From the NCBI RefSeq assembly GCF_006345805.1, contig NC_042997.1:194308001-194372000 (forward strand): DNA of 64,000 nt, in the 5' to 3' direction. This document shows, in pieces, positions 1 through 12,665 of this stretch. A program made the position numbers and the translations under genes. The stretch is from Octopus sinensis. Its lineage: Eukaryota. Positions within the stretch are counted from its first letter, which is position 1. The number at the start of each line of letters is the position of its first letter. The notes below the pieces were generated by a model, which saw nothing but the letters and a program-made list of their open reading frames with translations, did no database searches and was not told the origin of the DNA.

Positions 1-352
1 AATCTGCTCAAATCGATTATCCCCCTTGCTTTATCAACACTGAACACGCGTTAGTTCTTCCAGAGATCGAATTTCTAACCTAACCATTTCCTTTACTTAC
101 CCATCTGATTTCTTCAGAAACTGCATAAAAGCCACTACATAATAAAACATTGCACTGTACAGCAAAATATTATCAATAATGTGTTTCTTTTATATCTGAA
201 AAATGTAAATTATTTTCTGAGTAGCAGACTCGTTAGTGATGGACACAATGCTTTATGGAATGGATTTAGTTACGGTCCTCTATGAACTAAGTTCAAATCT
301 CGGCGAGGGCCATTTTGTCTTTCGTCTTTTCGGAGGTCATTTAAAATATTTA

Positions 353-460
353 AACATTTGTACATTACTGCATATACTTTATACGCACTTTTGACAAGTT
401 GTGGTGCACCTGAGCACTGTATACAATAATTTCATTATTATTATTATTATTATTATTATA
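353..460 (+). mobile_element. 3' tail fragment of a CR1-like LINE (same family as 29805-30120)
   Basis: Near-identical to 30032-30120 (acatttgtacattactgcat...gagcactgtatacaataatttcattatta), ending in (ATT)n. Confidence 0.75.
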
Positions 461-585
461 ATGCCGTCAAGTACTGGGACGAGTCAATATTTCGATACAG
501 CATAGGCCTGAAGCCATGTGGTTGGAAAGAAATTTCTTAACCATGATTAATAACAAAAGTCTGTTCATAGCGTATCGCCTCTCAT

Positions 586-935
586 TTATAGTGAGCCATA
601 AATGTACTTCGTTTTTGGATTAGGTTTGCAAGATTCTTTATATGAGTTCGTGTGTTGAAACATATTCTGTTGTGTCTGGGGAGAGTCATTTTCTTTTTGT
701 GTCTTATTATTTAACACACTCGCTGGTAAAATTCCCACTTTTTTTCTTATTTTATATTGCCCTAAAATGTTTGTTGCGTCTTGCAACCTTTTCAATAGCT
801 TTAAGTTAAAACTATTGAAAAGGTTGCAAAACGCAACGAAAATTTTAGGAAAATGAAAATAAGAAATAAGTGGAAATTTTACCGGTGAGTGTGTTAAATA
901 ATAGGGCACAAAAAGAAAATGACTCTCCCCAGAAC
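586..935. mobile_element. head-to-head inverted pair of a short Penelope-type repeat (family HH-2)
   Basis: About 670-800 is the reverse complement of about 810-935; the minus copy has an extra tail (586-668). Same family recurs at 45661-45860. Confidence 0.7.
812..848 (+). ncRNA. variant minimal type I hammerhead-like motif (U3:A8)
   Basis: CTA-TTGAAAA-G-GTTGC(AAAAC)GCAAC-GAA-AATT-T/TAG: 3-bp stem I, 5-bp stem II, palindromic stem III, C3:G8 replaced by U:A. Confidence 0.5.
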
Positions 936-976
936 CAACATAAATGTATTGCTATACTTAAAATATTGGGAAGTAC

Positions 977-1380
977 TTGTTTAAGCACTGCAAATATGGA
1001 AGCACTCCGTCGGTTACGACGATGAGGGTTCCGGTTGATCTGAATCAACGGAACAGCCTGCTCGTGAAATTAACGTGTAAGTGGCTGAGCACTCCACAGA
1101 CACGTGTACCCTTAACGTAGTTCTCGGGGATATTCAGCGTGACACAGAGAGTGACAAGGCCGGCCCTTTGAAATACAGGTACAACAGAAACAGGAAGTAA
1201 AAGTGAGAGAAAGTTGTGGTGAAAGAGTACAGCAGGGATCACCACCATCCCCTGCCGGAGCCTCGTGGAGCTTTAGGTGTTTTCGCTCAATAAACACTCA
1301 CAACGCCCGGTCTGAGAATCGAAACCGCGACCTACAACCGCGAGTCCGCTGCCCTAACCACTGGGCCATTGTGCCTCCAC
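977..1380 (-). mobile_element. tRNA-derived SINE family D, near full length (other copies about 9758-9935, 22100-22310, 24255-24545, 39313-39600, 48180-48478)
   Basis: Head ggaggcacaatggcccagtggttagggcagcggactcgcgg...ggtttcgattctc carries A/B boxes; multiple dispersed copies. Confidence 0.85.
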
Positions 1381-2139
1381 TACTGCAAATATTCATGGAG
1401 GAAAGAAAACATAAAACAAATAAAAATGATAAACAAAATGTTGTTTAGGTAATTTATTTTATTTTAAAATGATAAAAAGAAACATTTCTAGAATGTTCTG
1501 CGAAATACAGCTGTACTGTTGCTCAACTCAATAAAAAGAAGACAGCTATTTGGTTGTTAAAATCCCACAAATTTATGCGTGATTGTGCCACATATTAACA
1601 GTCTATTTACAAAAGATAGTTATAAGTCAAAATAACAGGTTTCTTTAATTTTAAACACCCATTTAGAGCATTTTACTAGTGTGAGCACACACACACACAC
1701 ACACACACATATATGCATACACATGCCTGTATAAACACACATAACAAATGAATCCAGTTAACATGATTGGATGTTTGGAACAATATATATATACTTTCAA
1801 TGTTTGGAAAGAAATATTAAAATGTTACCCTCCGTTCTATTTTGTTTTCAGACCTTCTGGTACAACATGACGAAATTCTATCAGTAAATGCATTCTATTG
1901 AATTTTTGTCTTTTCCTCCAATTCAAACAAAAGAAAAATCCACATCTGTAAAAAGTCCCACTCAAGCAAGCATGAAAAATGGATAAAAGAAATCCAGTTA
2001 ACAAAATCCATACTTATAGAGCTACAGAAATCTAACCTTACTGACAAGACCCCTGCATGAAAAATCATAAATAGAACACGAGATAACCACTGAAGAATTA
2101 TCCCTTTTCAAATTTGTGTGTGTGTGTATGTATATATTA

Positions 2140-2599
2140 TCTCCAGCGCCTCTGCGAGCTGTAAATCATTTGTACGATGTGGAGAATATACCATCAACTT
2201 TGCCCAAACAACCTGAACATTAGTTTCAAGGTTCATCTAAGGCTGGGACAACGGGCCATACGTCCCCTGCCCAATTCAGGATCACAGCATATAGGTACAC
2301 TGCAACAGAATTTCTTTTCCTCAACAGGTACTGCCCTGTTTAACATTGTCCCGAAAGAGATCAAGGAGGAAAAGGATCCCATCACCTTTAAACGGAGTCT
2401 GGACAGATTTCTTCAAGGAATACCGGATAAGTGACCCATACCTAGATACAACTCACTCAACAAGAACTCACTACTTGAATGGACCATGATGCCACAAAAC
2501 TTGACTTAAAACGGATTTAGATAATCCTATCAGGTGGTGCTATTAAGTTAGACATGGCCTAGACCAATCTTTGGTCGAAACATATCTAAATTTATCTAA

Positions 2600-2600
<1 letters not shown>
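2140..2600 (+). mobile_element. 3' end of a CR1-like LINE (second copy 49440-49725)
   Basis: Translates to ...TALFNIVPKEIKEEKDPITFKRSLDRFLQGIPDK, a CR1 ORF2 C-terminal pattern, followed by a 3' UTR shared with 49440-49725. Confidence 0.8.
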
Positions 2601-2670
<70 letters not shown>

Positions 2671-2932
2671 AATGTGGTTGCTTGGTTGACAAGTTTACTC
2701 CCAGCCAGGTGGTCTCAGGTTCAGTCACATGGCACTGCACCTTGGGCAAATGTTTACTACTCTAGTCTAGTGCTGACCAAAGCCTTGCAAGTGGATTTGG
2801 TTGATGGAAACTGAAAGCTTGACAGTGTTGTGTGGTCAGAAGGGAATAAAATCACTGCCTAACAGTGGCGGTTCGTGAATAGGCACTGTGGACTGCAGTA
2901 CGCCCTATTTCTATTTGATATTATCAATAACA

Positions 2933-3396
2933 CAGTTCTATATCTAAGAGATGTGGAATTATGTACATTATTTACATTTGATGGATATTTGTTCTCATCT
3001 TGTTTGTTATTAACACATTTCGGCTGATATACCCTCTAGCCTTCATTAGGTGTCTTAGGGAAATTTCAGACAGGGGTTCTCATTCATAAGGTATTTTTCA
3101 ATATTATTACTATTATTATTATTCAGGTCACTGCCTGGAATCAAACTCGGAATCTTGGGGTTAGTAGCCTGTGCTCTTAACCACTATGACCACAAGCATA
3201 TGGCTACTAACCCCAAGATTCCGAGTTTGATTCCAGGCAGTGACCTGAATAATAATAACATCGAAAAATACCTTAGGAAAGAGAACCCAGGTTCGAAATT
3301 TCCCCAAGACACCTGATGAAGGCTGGAGGGTGTATCAGCCGAAATGTTGTGTTAACAACAAAGATGAGGACAAATATCTGTCAAATGTAAATTATG
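2933..3396. mobile_element. tRNA-headed, hammerhead-bearing Penelope-type element (family HH-1), inverted pair with 14-bp TSD
   Basis: TATTATCAATAACA at 2919-2932 and 3397-3410 flanks a minus full copy and a plus copy lacking the 3' tail. Confidence 0.8.
3308..3353 (+). ncRNA. minimal type I hammerhead ribozyme motif (HH-1)
   Basis: GACAC-CTGATGA-A-GGCTG(loop)CAGCC-GAAAT-GTT/GTGTT; stem I GACAC:GTGTT; C15.2 to T is consistent with CpG decay. Confidence 0.65.
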
Positions 3397-4314
3397 TATT
3401 ATCAATAACATTCAATATGATGAGTCCTTTTTTCTTTAATTCTTTCTTTGTACTTGTACATTATATAATCCTTAAGCTTGGTGTCAGTAGCCATCCCCTA
3501 GTTTATAAAAAAATACAAAAATCCTTGTATAGAACTGTGCACTTCACAGTCCCAGTGATGTGGTGTTTGGCTGTTATGCGCATGCTCACATGTCCAAGAT
3601 AGGAAGCTACATGCTAGGGAGAGAGATCATTGTGGTTCGTGCAGTGCCGACCCTGGTGTGCTGGTGAAAGGTAGTGTTTCTTTTTGACTCCATATGTGTT
3701 GTGCTTAAAAACGTGTTGATATTCTTGAATGTAATAAAGTGTAGAATTAGATTATTATCCTGCACCAAGATACAGTGTTGCTGCCAGGATTTGAAAAATA
3801 GGGCATATTTTCCCCCTTATTTTGTAATTTAGTGGGGATTTTTGAAAAACACGAATGAATTTGCGCTGGTGTTCAGTAAACAAATTAAACACATTACACA
3901 GCAGTGGCTAAAACGTGAACCAATCAAGTTTATGTATAAATTTTCTTTTTATATGTTTGTTTCCTTTTACACAACATTAAAACAACGGCTAAAAATTTTC
4001 TGAAGCCGCAACCCCACCAATTTTATCTATGAGCCACCACAGTTGCCTAAGTATATACAGACATTAACTCAGTGAACCTAACTGGACCCAAATGACTACA
4101 CAGAGGTAACTAATATATGTGTACAAGTGTGTGCATACGTGTGTGTGTGTGTGCGCACGCGTGTGTGTGTATACATACATATATACGTATGTATATACAC
4201 AACCTTATCTTGACATCATTCGAAGATTGCAAGCTAGCATCACCATGACATAAGTGATGCTGTTCATTTTCAATCTTCAATGGAAAACATGTCTGATCAT
4301 AGAAGAATATTACC

Positions 4315-4547
4315 TATTTCTTTATTACCCACAAGGGGCTAAACATAGAGGGGACAAACAAGGACAGACATAGGTATTAAGTCAATTACATCGACCCAGT
4401 GCGTAACTGGTACTTATTTAATCAACCCTGAAAGGATGAAAGGCAAAGTCGACCTCGGCGGAATTTGAACTCAGAACATAGCAGCAGATGAAATACTGCT
4501 GAGCATTTCGCCCGACGTGCTAACGATTCTGGCAGCTTGCCGCCCTA
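4315..4547 (-). mobile_element. tRNA-derived SINE family A with 16-bp TSD (more than 25 copies in the window, e.g. 7822-8056, 9514-9740, 28000-28227, 31040-31280, 35745-35980, 59545-59780, 62655-62887)
   Basis: ATAGAAGAATATTACC at 4299-4314 and 4548-4563; consensus ggcggcgagctggcagaa...gagttcaaattccgccgaggtcgac...aataaagaaata. Confidence 0.9.
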
Positions 4548-4694
4548 ATAGAAGAATATTACCATGCTTTGAAACAGGTGTTGGCAACAGGAACAGGATC
4601 CAGTCATAGAAAATCTGCCTCAGCAAATTCCGTCTGGTCAACACAAGCATGGAAAAAATGGACCTTAAATGATGATGAAATATATTGAAACAAA

Positions 4695-4727
<33 letters not shown>

Positions 4728-5036
4728 AGGGACGGAGATTAACAAAATCAAAGAGAAAACAGATAATCTGGAAGGATGTTACTTTTTCTCTTTCAGAATC
4801 ATTAACAATGGATTTGGTATTTTTGAAGAATTAGCATGGATTCTGAAAAGATAGTGAGATCAAATAGTCGAAGATTATGGCATCATACATGAACTGACTC
4901 TCAGAGAGAAAACACCGCAGTTGGAATAATGGCTAAAGACAAGGACAGCACAGTTGACTAGAGATAATGACCTAGAATTATCATTAAAATAATGATCAAA
5001 GATCCCAGCAGGCATGGGTGTGTGGTTAAGTCTCTA

Positions 5037-5458
5037 GGATCTTTTCGGTTTGAACGGCAGTTTTTTAAAATAATTTCTAGGTAACTAAAAAATTTTAAAC
5101 TTCGTATACTGGTAGAATGTGTTTATAAAGCATCTTTTTCTCTTGGCTTTATTGAGAAAATTCTATAGTTTGTAAGATATTTGTTGGGTTTTTTTTTCTT
5201 CAATTTCTGCAATTTCAACCAATCAATGGCCATCTATTGAGGCGAAAACGTTCTGTGCCATATGAATATGTCCCTCGTTTAAGAAACAGATTGGGTTTAT
5301 TTACATTTCTGAAGTAAAAAAAAGACACCCTTCCCCCACTCCTAACCCTAACCCTAAAATAGATTGAAATGCAATAGATCGATTCTAGGGTCATAATTAT
5401 GGGTGATAATTTCATATGACACCGCTAGAAAAAACTGCCATTCAAACCAAAAAGATCC
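5037..5458. mobile_element. non-autonomous DNA transposon with GG termini, about 29-bp TIRs and 8-bp TSD (Merlin- or MULE-like)
   Basis: TIRs GGATCTTTTCGGTTTGAACGGCAGTTTTT / AAAAACTGCCATTCAAACCAAAAAGATCC; TSD AGTCTCTA at 5029-5036 and 5459-5466; splits a SINE-B copy. Confidence 0.85.
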
Positions 5459-6435
5459 AGTCTCTATCATATGTCACAGTACCATGGACAAGTGTCTTGT
5501 ACTATAGCCCCAGGCCAACCAATGCCTTGCGAGTTAATTTGGTCAATGGAAACTGTGTGGAAGATTTTATATGTATGGATATGTCATTCTGTTTCTCCTT
5601 CTACCTGACAACCGGTGATGGTTTGTTTATGTCCCCATAACTTAGCAGTTCAATAAAAGAAACGAATAGAATATGGTAAAAGATTCAGTGACTAAAAGCC
5701 TTCATTGAACTCTGAACTCCGTAAGTCAAGTGATTGAGTTATGCACCAACATCTGACTAATTTCTACACCAAAATATATTTTAATATACAACAATTCAAA
5801 ATGTCAGCTATCACCAAACATACACTGAAATGACTGGGGAGACTGCTGACCACAATGGTATGTGGTCAGTATTGTTGATTCTCAAAAAAAAAAAAAAAAA
5901 AAAATGGAAGTTCCAAAAGCATGATTTTGGTTTGAGTAAAGTATAGAATATTTCTATTGTACAAACGAGAAGATGGCAAGATAGGCAGAACATATTAGCA
6001 AAGTACGAAGCAGACTTGCTTCAACCATCTCAGTATAGAAAGACAGGCAGACCTTTTGAATACCTTCCATAGCAGCATATTGGAATTCATTTATTTTAGA
6101 GAGGTTCTAAAAGCCTTCGGGAACAGCAAGCTGTAGCGAGGTCTGGAGATGCGGAGTTATTCAGCATAACAAGGAAAGACAATTAGAGTGATTGTCGTAA
6201 GTGGGGTAACTCTGCCATAGCAGGCCCCCAAGCCTGGTTAAGAAGGGCAGAAGGTGGTAGATGTAGGGTAAGCAACCCTGCACTCAATTTTCTATATTGC
6301 TGGTAAAACACCCAACAAGGGAACATATGAAACCAGTTGTGATAAGGGGAAGTGGTCCTTAGAGACAAAATATGAAGCAACACAGTGAAAACCAAAAAGG
6401 AAGCACTGACATGTGGCTACACCTGGGTACGAATA

Positions 6436-6646
6436 CCGTAAATCCTCGAGTATAGTCCGCCCTTGAATATAATACACAGGGGATTTTTAGGGGCTGTACC
6501 TCTGAAAAACCTAAACCGTGTGTATAATACACACCCCTTCTTTAACTTGAGTCAAGGAGGTCTATATAACGTCAGTGGTTTGTAAAAATGTATACGGTAA
6601 CAACCTTTATTATTAATGTATACATAACATAATGCAAACGTGTAGC
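6436..6646. mobile_element. partial Tc1/mariner-pogo-type MITE (family of 21076-22082)
   Basis: TA-CCGTAAATCCTCGAGTATA terminus; colinear with the reverse complement of 21380-22082 minus the Helitron. Confidence 0.75.
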
Positions 6647-7495
6647 ACTCCACTAGCACAGATGCCAGTCATCGAATTTGATTTCGATTTCACTCGCCTC
6701 AACAGGTCTTTGCAAGCAGTTTAGTGTCCAGTGAAGAAAAGGTACGCATAAGTAGGCTGGCATAAATATAAATTAAGTTAATCACTATCGCTGAAAATAT
6801 CTAAGAGACCATAGCAGTTGCTGTGTAACAATTCAGAAGATTGCTACAACAGCTGTTTCAAAGTTATTAACAGCAAATAATAAGGAAGTAACAGATGTTT
6901 CTTCAGTTCACTCATATTTATTGTTGCCGCTGACTGGTAAGTTTGAGATATTGGTTAAGTTAAACCAAGTTGCATTTTAGATTGTCATCTCTGAGATCCT
7001 GACTATGCCAATAGCATGGAAGCTCTGATAGACAAGACTAAAGACTGACAAGAATTGGTGAGTTCAACAAGCAGAAGTATTATAGGATTTGACTATACCA
7101 TCAACACCAAGAAAACAAAGACATCTATAAGTCATGTGCATAGAAAAAAAACTAAGAGGAAGTTGCATATTCATGGTACGATGGCCTTTCGTCCCAGCTC
7201 ATGACATTTGTTATTCTGTAAAAAAAAAAAAAACAATACATTTGGCATCAGATGACTAAGCAAGATATTTGACATTCAATAGAATAATTGTGTTGCAACC
7301 CTTCAGACAAATTATGAGCTCCAGACGACACTTCAAAACCACTTGGCAACCAAGTAATGATGCATGGAACTTGAAGCATCCATAGGAAATGGAAGAAGAG
7401 TCCAAAGATGACAAAGATGGTTTTAAATTTTGGTGCAAGACTAGCATTTTCGGAAAAGGGATAAGTCAATTACCTCAACCCCAGTGTTCTACAGG

Positions 7496-7661
7496 CACTA
7501 GCATAGCTAGGGTGGGGCAGTCCACCTCTGGCACCACTTTTAAAGGGGCGGTACTTTTGGGTCTGCTGTAGGCAATCTGTGTTTTTTTGTGGGGTCTGGG
7601 GAGGCGGGGGCAGCAAACGGAAAAGCTGCCCTGGGTGGCACACACTCTAGCTAGACTAGTG
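7496..7661. mobile_element. hAT-type MITE (CACTAGC-TAGCTAG TIR family), copy 1
   Basis: TIRs cactagcatagctag / ctagctagactagtg; degenerate 8-bp TSD (tctacagg/tcaataag) inside a SINE-A; related to 59838-60003 and 62571-62963. Confidence 0.75.
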
Positions 7662-8199
7662 TCAATAAGTACTCATTTTATCGACTCTGGAAGGATGAAA
7701 GACAAAGTCAACCATGACAGAATTCAAACTGAGAACATAAAGATGAATGAAAAGCTACTAAACATTTTGCCAGGTGTGCTAACGATGCTGCCAGCTCACC
7801 ACCTTGTGAAGATAGTATATATATTTCTTTATTGCCCACAGGGGGCTAAACATAGAGGGGACAAACAAAGACAGACAAAGGGATTAAGTTGATTATATCG
7901 ACCCCAGTGCGTAACTGGTACTTAATTTATCGACCCCGAAAGGATGAAAGGCAAAGTCAACCTCGGCGGAATTTGAACTCAGAACGTAACGGCAGACGAA
8001 ATATGGCTACACATTTCGCCCGGCGTGCTAACGTTTCTGCCAGCTCACCGCCTTCAAGATAGTATATAAACAGAGCAACACCCACCATAAAAGTGTCTTT
8101 TGACAATGTTGTGGGTCTGAAGGGGACAAAACTACTATATCTAAGAGTGGATACAATATTAACTCAGTCAATCTAACTGGATTCAAATGATTAATTAAA

Positions 8200-8720
8200 G
8201 ATAACTAATTAAGATACAGCTATATGGCTAGAATGACTACAGCGTCTAATTAATAGACAACTAAATGGTTAAAATTAATAAAGCATCTAATTTATATATA
8301 CATTCAAATGGTTAAAATTACTACAGCAACTAATTGATATATCTAAATGGTCAATGTTACTATGGTTTTTAATTAATGTGGATGACTAATTGGATAAAAT
8401 TATTAGAGCAACTAATTAACAAATATATTTACAGGTTTCAAATTAATACAGCAGACAATTAAATAATTAAAATGGCTACAACAATTAATTGAGATAAATA
8501 GTTAGAATTACTATAGTAATTAACAGAGATAAGTAAATTATTAAAATTACTACAGAGGTTAATTAACAGACAACTAAATCACTAAAATTACTACAGTAAT
8601 TAACTGAGACAACTAAATGGTTACAATTAATACAACAATCAATCAATAGAGATAATTAAATGGTTAAAACTACTACAGCAACTAATTAATAAAGACAACT
8701 AAATTACTAAAACTGTTACA
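8200..8720. repeat. degenerate AT-rich minisatellite, unit about 38-40 bp
   Basis: Recurring aaatggttaaaattactacagcaactaattaa...gacaact units. Confidence 0.75.
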
Positions 8721-10986
8721 TGAAGCTATATAGGTAATATGGTTAAATGGTAAAATTTGATAAAGTACTTGCAATCGGTCAGTGGTGAATTATGTAACCA
8801 GCATGTAGAATGCAGAACTATTTCAAAATGTTATGTCTCAAGATAAGTCATTGCTGACAGAGACCACAACCTCAATTCAAAACCAAACATGAAAATCTTA
8901 CATCTCATTTGTCAGTGAATCGTGAAGCTAAAGCCACAAAATAATTTTTACAAAACCCAGCCTCTCCAACATTTGGTAGTATCTATTTCATTGGGTTTTA
9001 TTGTTTTTTTTGTAACTTTTTCTACTGTTCCAATGTGACTTTTATAAGTCACATCTAAAATAACAATAATGTAATCACTATGGAATTATCACAATTTCTA
9101 ATCCACTAAGTATCATAATTTACTACCAAAAGATATGGGAGATGAGAGATATTCATGCTGGTAACTTACTAATAATTAATCTGGGCCCAAGACCAGTAAA
9201 CCAGTAGAGAGAAGTCAGTTACATCAGCCCCAGGGCTTAAACTTATTTCATAGATCCAGAAAGAATAAAAAGCAAAGTCGACGACTTAGGTGGCATTTGA
9301 ACTCAGAACATAGAGTTGGAAGAAATGATGCTAAGCATTTTGTCTGCCACGGTGCCACCTCACCACCTTACATATAAGAGTAGGAGAAATTCAAAAAAGT
9401 TTGTTGATTGAAATGTAATTCTAATTATGTAATTATGTAATTCTAATTATGAACAAAACAAAACAAAACAGATTGTGTTTTCCTGCCTTCTAAATACAGA
9501 CTATCAATCAAATACCTATTTCTTTATTACCCACAAGTGGCTAAACACAGAGGGGACAAACAAGGACAGACAAACGGATGAAGTCGATTATATCGACCCC
9601 AGTGCATAACTGGTACTTATTTAATTGACCCCGAAAGGATGAAAGGCAAAGTCGACCTCGGCAGAATTTGAACTCAGAACGTAGCAGCAGACGAAATACT
9701 GCTAAGCATTTCGCCCGACATGCTAACGAGTCTGCCAGTTCACCAAAAGCAACAACAGTGGAGGCGCAATGGCCTGATGGTTAGGGCAGCGGACTCGCGG
9801 TTGTAAGAACACGGTTTCAATTCCCAGACCGGGCATTGTGAGTGTTTATTGAGCAAAAACACCTAAGCCCCTCTAGGCTCTGGCTGGGAGGGGTGGTGAA
9901 CCCCACTGTACTCTTTCACTACAACTTTCTTTCACTCTTTCTTCCTACCATAGCAGAGGAACCATGGTGTAACCCACTATGGTGTGGTAAAACTTTCAGA
10001 CCCTAGCCTAGATTGCAAATCCTCTGTACTCCAGGATGGTTCAGCTCTCCACCCATTAAAAGCCACCATCTACGGAATGAGGATAACAATGTAGCTTCCT
10101 CGTCTGTACAACCACCAGCCTATCACGTGTGGTGGGTGGATCTTCAAGTTGCCACACGCATTCTTAGTAGCTTAGAGTAGGCTCGAATTAGAGATTATTC
10201 TTTGTGGCTAATGGTGTGAGTCCTGATTGGAAGAAGAAGAACAACAACAACAAAAGCAGCAATTCTTTAAGCAAAGGAGAGCTTTGTTAATCTGAGGAAG
10301 AAGAATTAAACATCCTTTCCGTATCGGAGATTTAATCATCACATTTAAGTATTTAAGAACATTGTAAACCTTGTTAAAATCTATTTTAAAGTCAGGCCGT
10401 GTTTGTGTGAATTGGACGGAAGCTCGCTTTGCAAACACATGGGTTTCCGGTTCAGTCCCACTGTGCAGCACCTTGAGCAAGTGTCTTCTACTACAACTCT
10501 AAGCCGACCAATGACTTGGGTGAATTTAGTAGACAGAAACTGTGTGGAAGCCACTCGTGTATATATAGGTGTGTATGAAGTGTGTCTGGATTTGTTCCCA
10601 CCACCGCTTGACAACCAGTGTTGGTTTGTTTACATCCTTATAACTAAACGATTCAGCAAAAATGACTGACAGTCTAAGTACCAGACTTAAAAGTAGATAC
10701 TGGGATTGATTTGCTTCACTAAAACCCTTCAAGGCAATGCCCCAGCATGGCCACAGTTCAATGACTGACACAAGTGAAAAAAATATGTAATAATCCTTTC
10801 TACTATAGGTACAATGCCTGAAGATTCACTCGACCCAAGTATTCAACTGGTACTTATTTTATCGATCCTAAACAGGATGAAAGGTAAAGTTGACCTCGGA
10901 AGGATTTGAACACAGAACATGAAATTGGACTAACTGCAGCTAAGCATTTTGTCCAGCATGATAACAATTCAACCAGCTTGCCACCT

Positions 10987-11017
<31 letters not shown>

Positions 11018-11101
11018 GAGGAAGAGAAGGAGGTAAGGAGAAAAGAAGGAGGAGAAAAGGAAGAAGAAAAAGGAGAAGAAAAATAAAAATAAAAAGTAGT
11101 G

Positions 11102-11144
<43 letters not shown>

Positions 11145-11806
11145 CAACAGCAGCAGTAAGGCGGTGAGCTGGCAGAAATGTTAGCATGCTGGGTGAAATG
11201 CTTAGTGGTATTTCATCTGTCTTTATGTTCTAGGTTCAAATTCTGCCAAGGTTGACTTTGCCTTTCATCCTTTTGGGGTTGATAAATTAAGTACCAGTTG
11301 CATGCTGCGGTCAATCTAATCAACCAGCCCCCACCCCCAAAATTTCAGGCCTTGTGCCCTAGAGTAGAAAAGAATAATGAGTAAAGATATAGACAAATGG
11401 TTAATGGAGATTGGAATAGAATGTCCAGTAGAACTTCTACAGGAAAGATTATCAGGCGGGTTTTAAGTGCTTGAAAGATTATTGGAAGCTTGTGGATACC
11501 TAAGGTTACAGGTAGCAACCTGCTACCCATATAAACTCTACCAGGAATAAGAACAAACCCAAACCAAATCAATGATAATAATTATTATTATGATTTCGAA
11601 TTTTTGCCACAAGGGCAGCTTGTGGGAGGTGGGGATGGGTCAATTACATTGATCCCAGTATTCAACTGGTACTTATTTCATCGACCCCGAAAGGATGAAA
11701 GGCAAAGTTGACCGTGGCGGAATTTGAACTCAGAATGTAGCGATGGTCGTAATACCACTAAGCATTTTGCCTGGTGTGCTAGTGATTCTGCCAGTTCACC
11801 GCCTTC

Positions 11807-11837
<31 letters not shown>

Positions 11838-12203
11838 TTAAAAAATAAACTGTTTTATTTTTATCTTTGCACTCCCAACAAAAAAAAAATTTTTCCAAGT
11901 TAATTGATCTCAGATTAAAATCCCATCACAACTAATCCGGTGCTAGTTCCAAGTCACATGATTGTAATTCAATTCCTTTTGACTAACATAAAAATATAGG
12001 CTCCCGTCACTTTAAAGTTACATATCTGAAGAAATGAAATGAAATGACCTACTCACAGAACAGAACATATCTGAAATTGAAGACGACAACCAATATGTAT
12101 GAATTATATTCATAAAGTACATTATATACACTGCACTACTTGGTGAAGAAGATGAATATACATTGGACTATATATAGATAGATACACATTGCACTACCTA
12201 TGG

Positions 12204-12256
<53 letters not shown>

Positions 12257-12258
<2 letters not shown>

Positions 12259-12441
12259 AGAGAAAAACCACTATTATGTAATTCAAACAATGATAGACGT
12301 AAATCATACAATATAGAAAAAAATAAAATATATGATAAAACATTTACCTATTTTTTCTATATGCTATATATTTTATTTTTTCTATATGGTTTGATTTACG
12401 TCTATCATTGTTTGAATTACATAAGAGTGGTTTTTCTCTAA
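12257..12441. repeat. AT-rich inverted repeat, arms about 75 bp, spacer about 32 bp
   Basis: ttagagaaaaaccactattatgtaattcaaacaatgatagacgtaaatc... mirrored at 12366-12441. Confidence 0.85.
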
Positions 12442-12625
12442 TTTATATATATTATATATCTATGTTGTGAAATTTGATTTAATACTGAATTGAATTTTTC
12501 CCTGTAAGTTTGGAGTTATACTCCCTAATATTATTATTATTTTATATATATATATATTCATACATATACACATACATACTGCACCATCTACAGTAATGTA
12601 TGTATAAAAACTCTCTCTTTCTCCC

Positions 12626-12665
<40 letters not shown>

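Noticed and set aside
1853-6937. Isolated plus-strand acceptor/donor-like sites (1853, 4798, 6908-6937) suggesting a second gene
   Set aside because: No consistent reading frame or recognisable protein links them.
10208-10400. ORF segment DFKIDFNKVYNVLK... resembling an RT motif or exon
   Set aside because: Too short and flanked by SINE sequence; no further motifs or splice sites.
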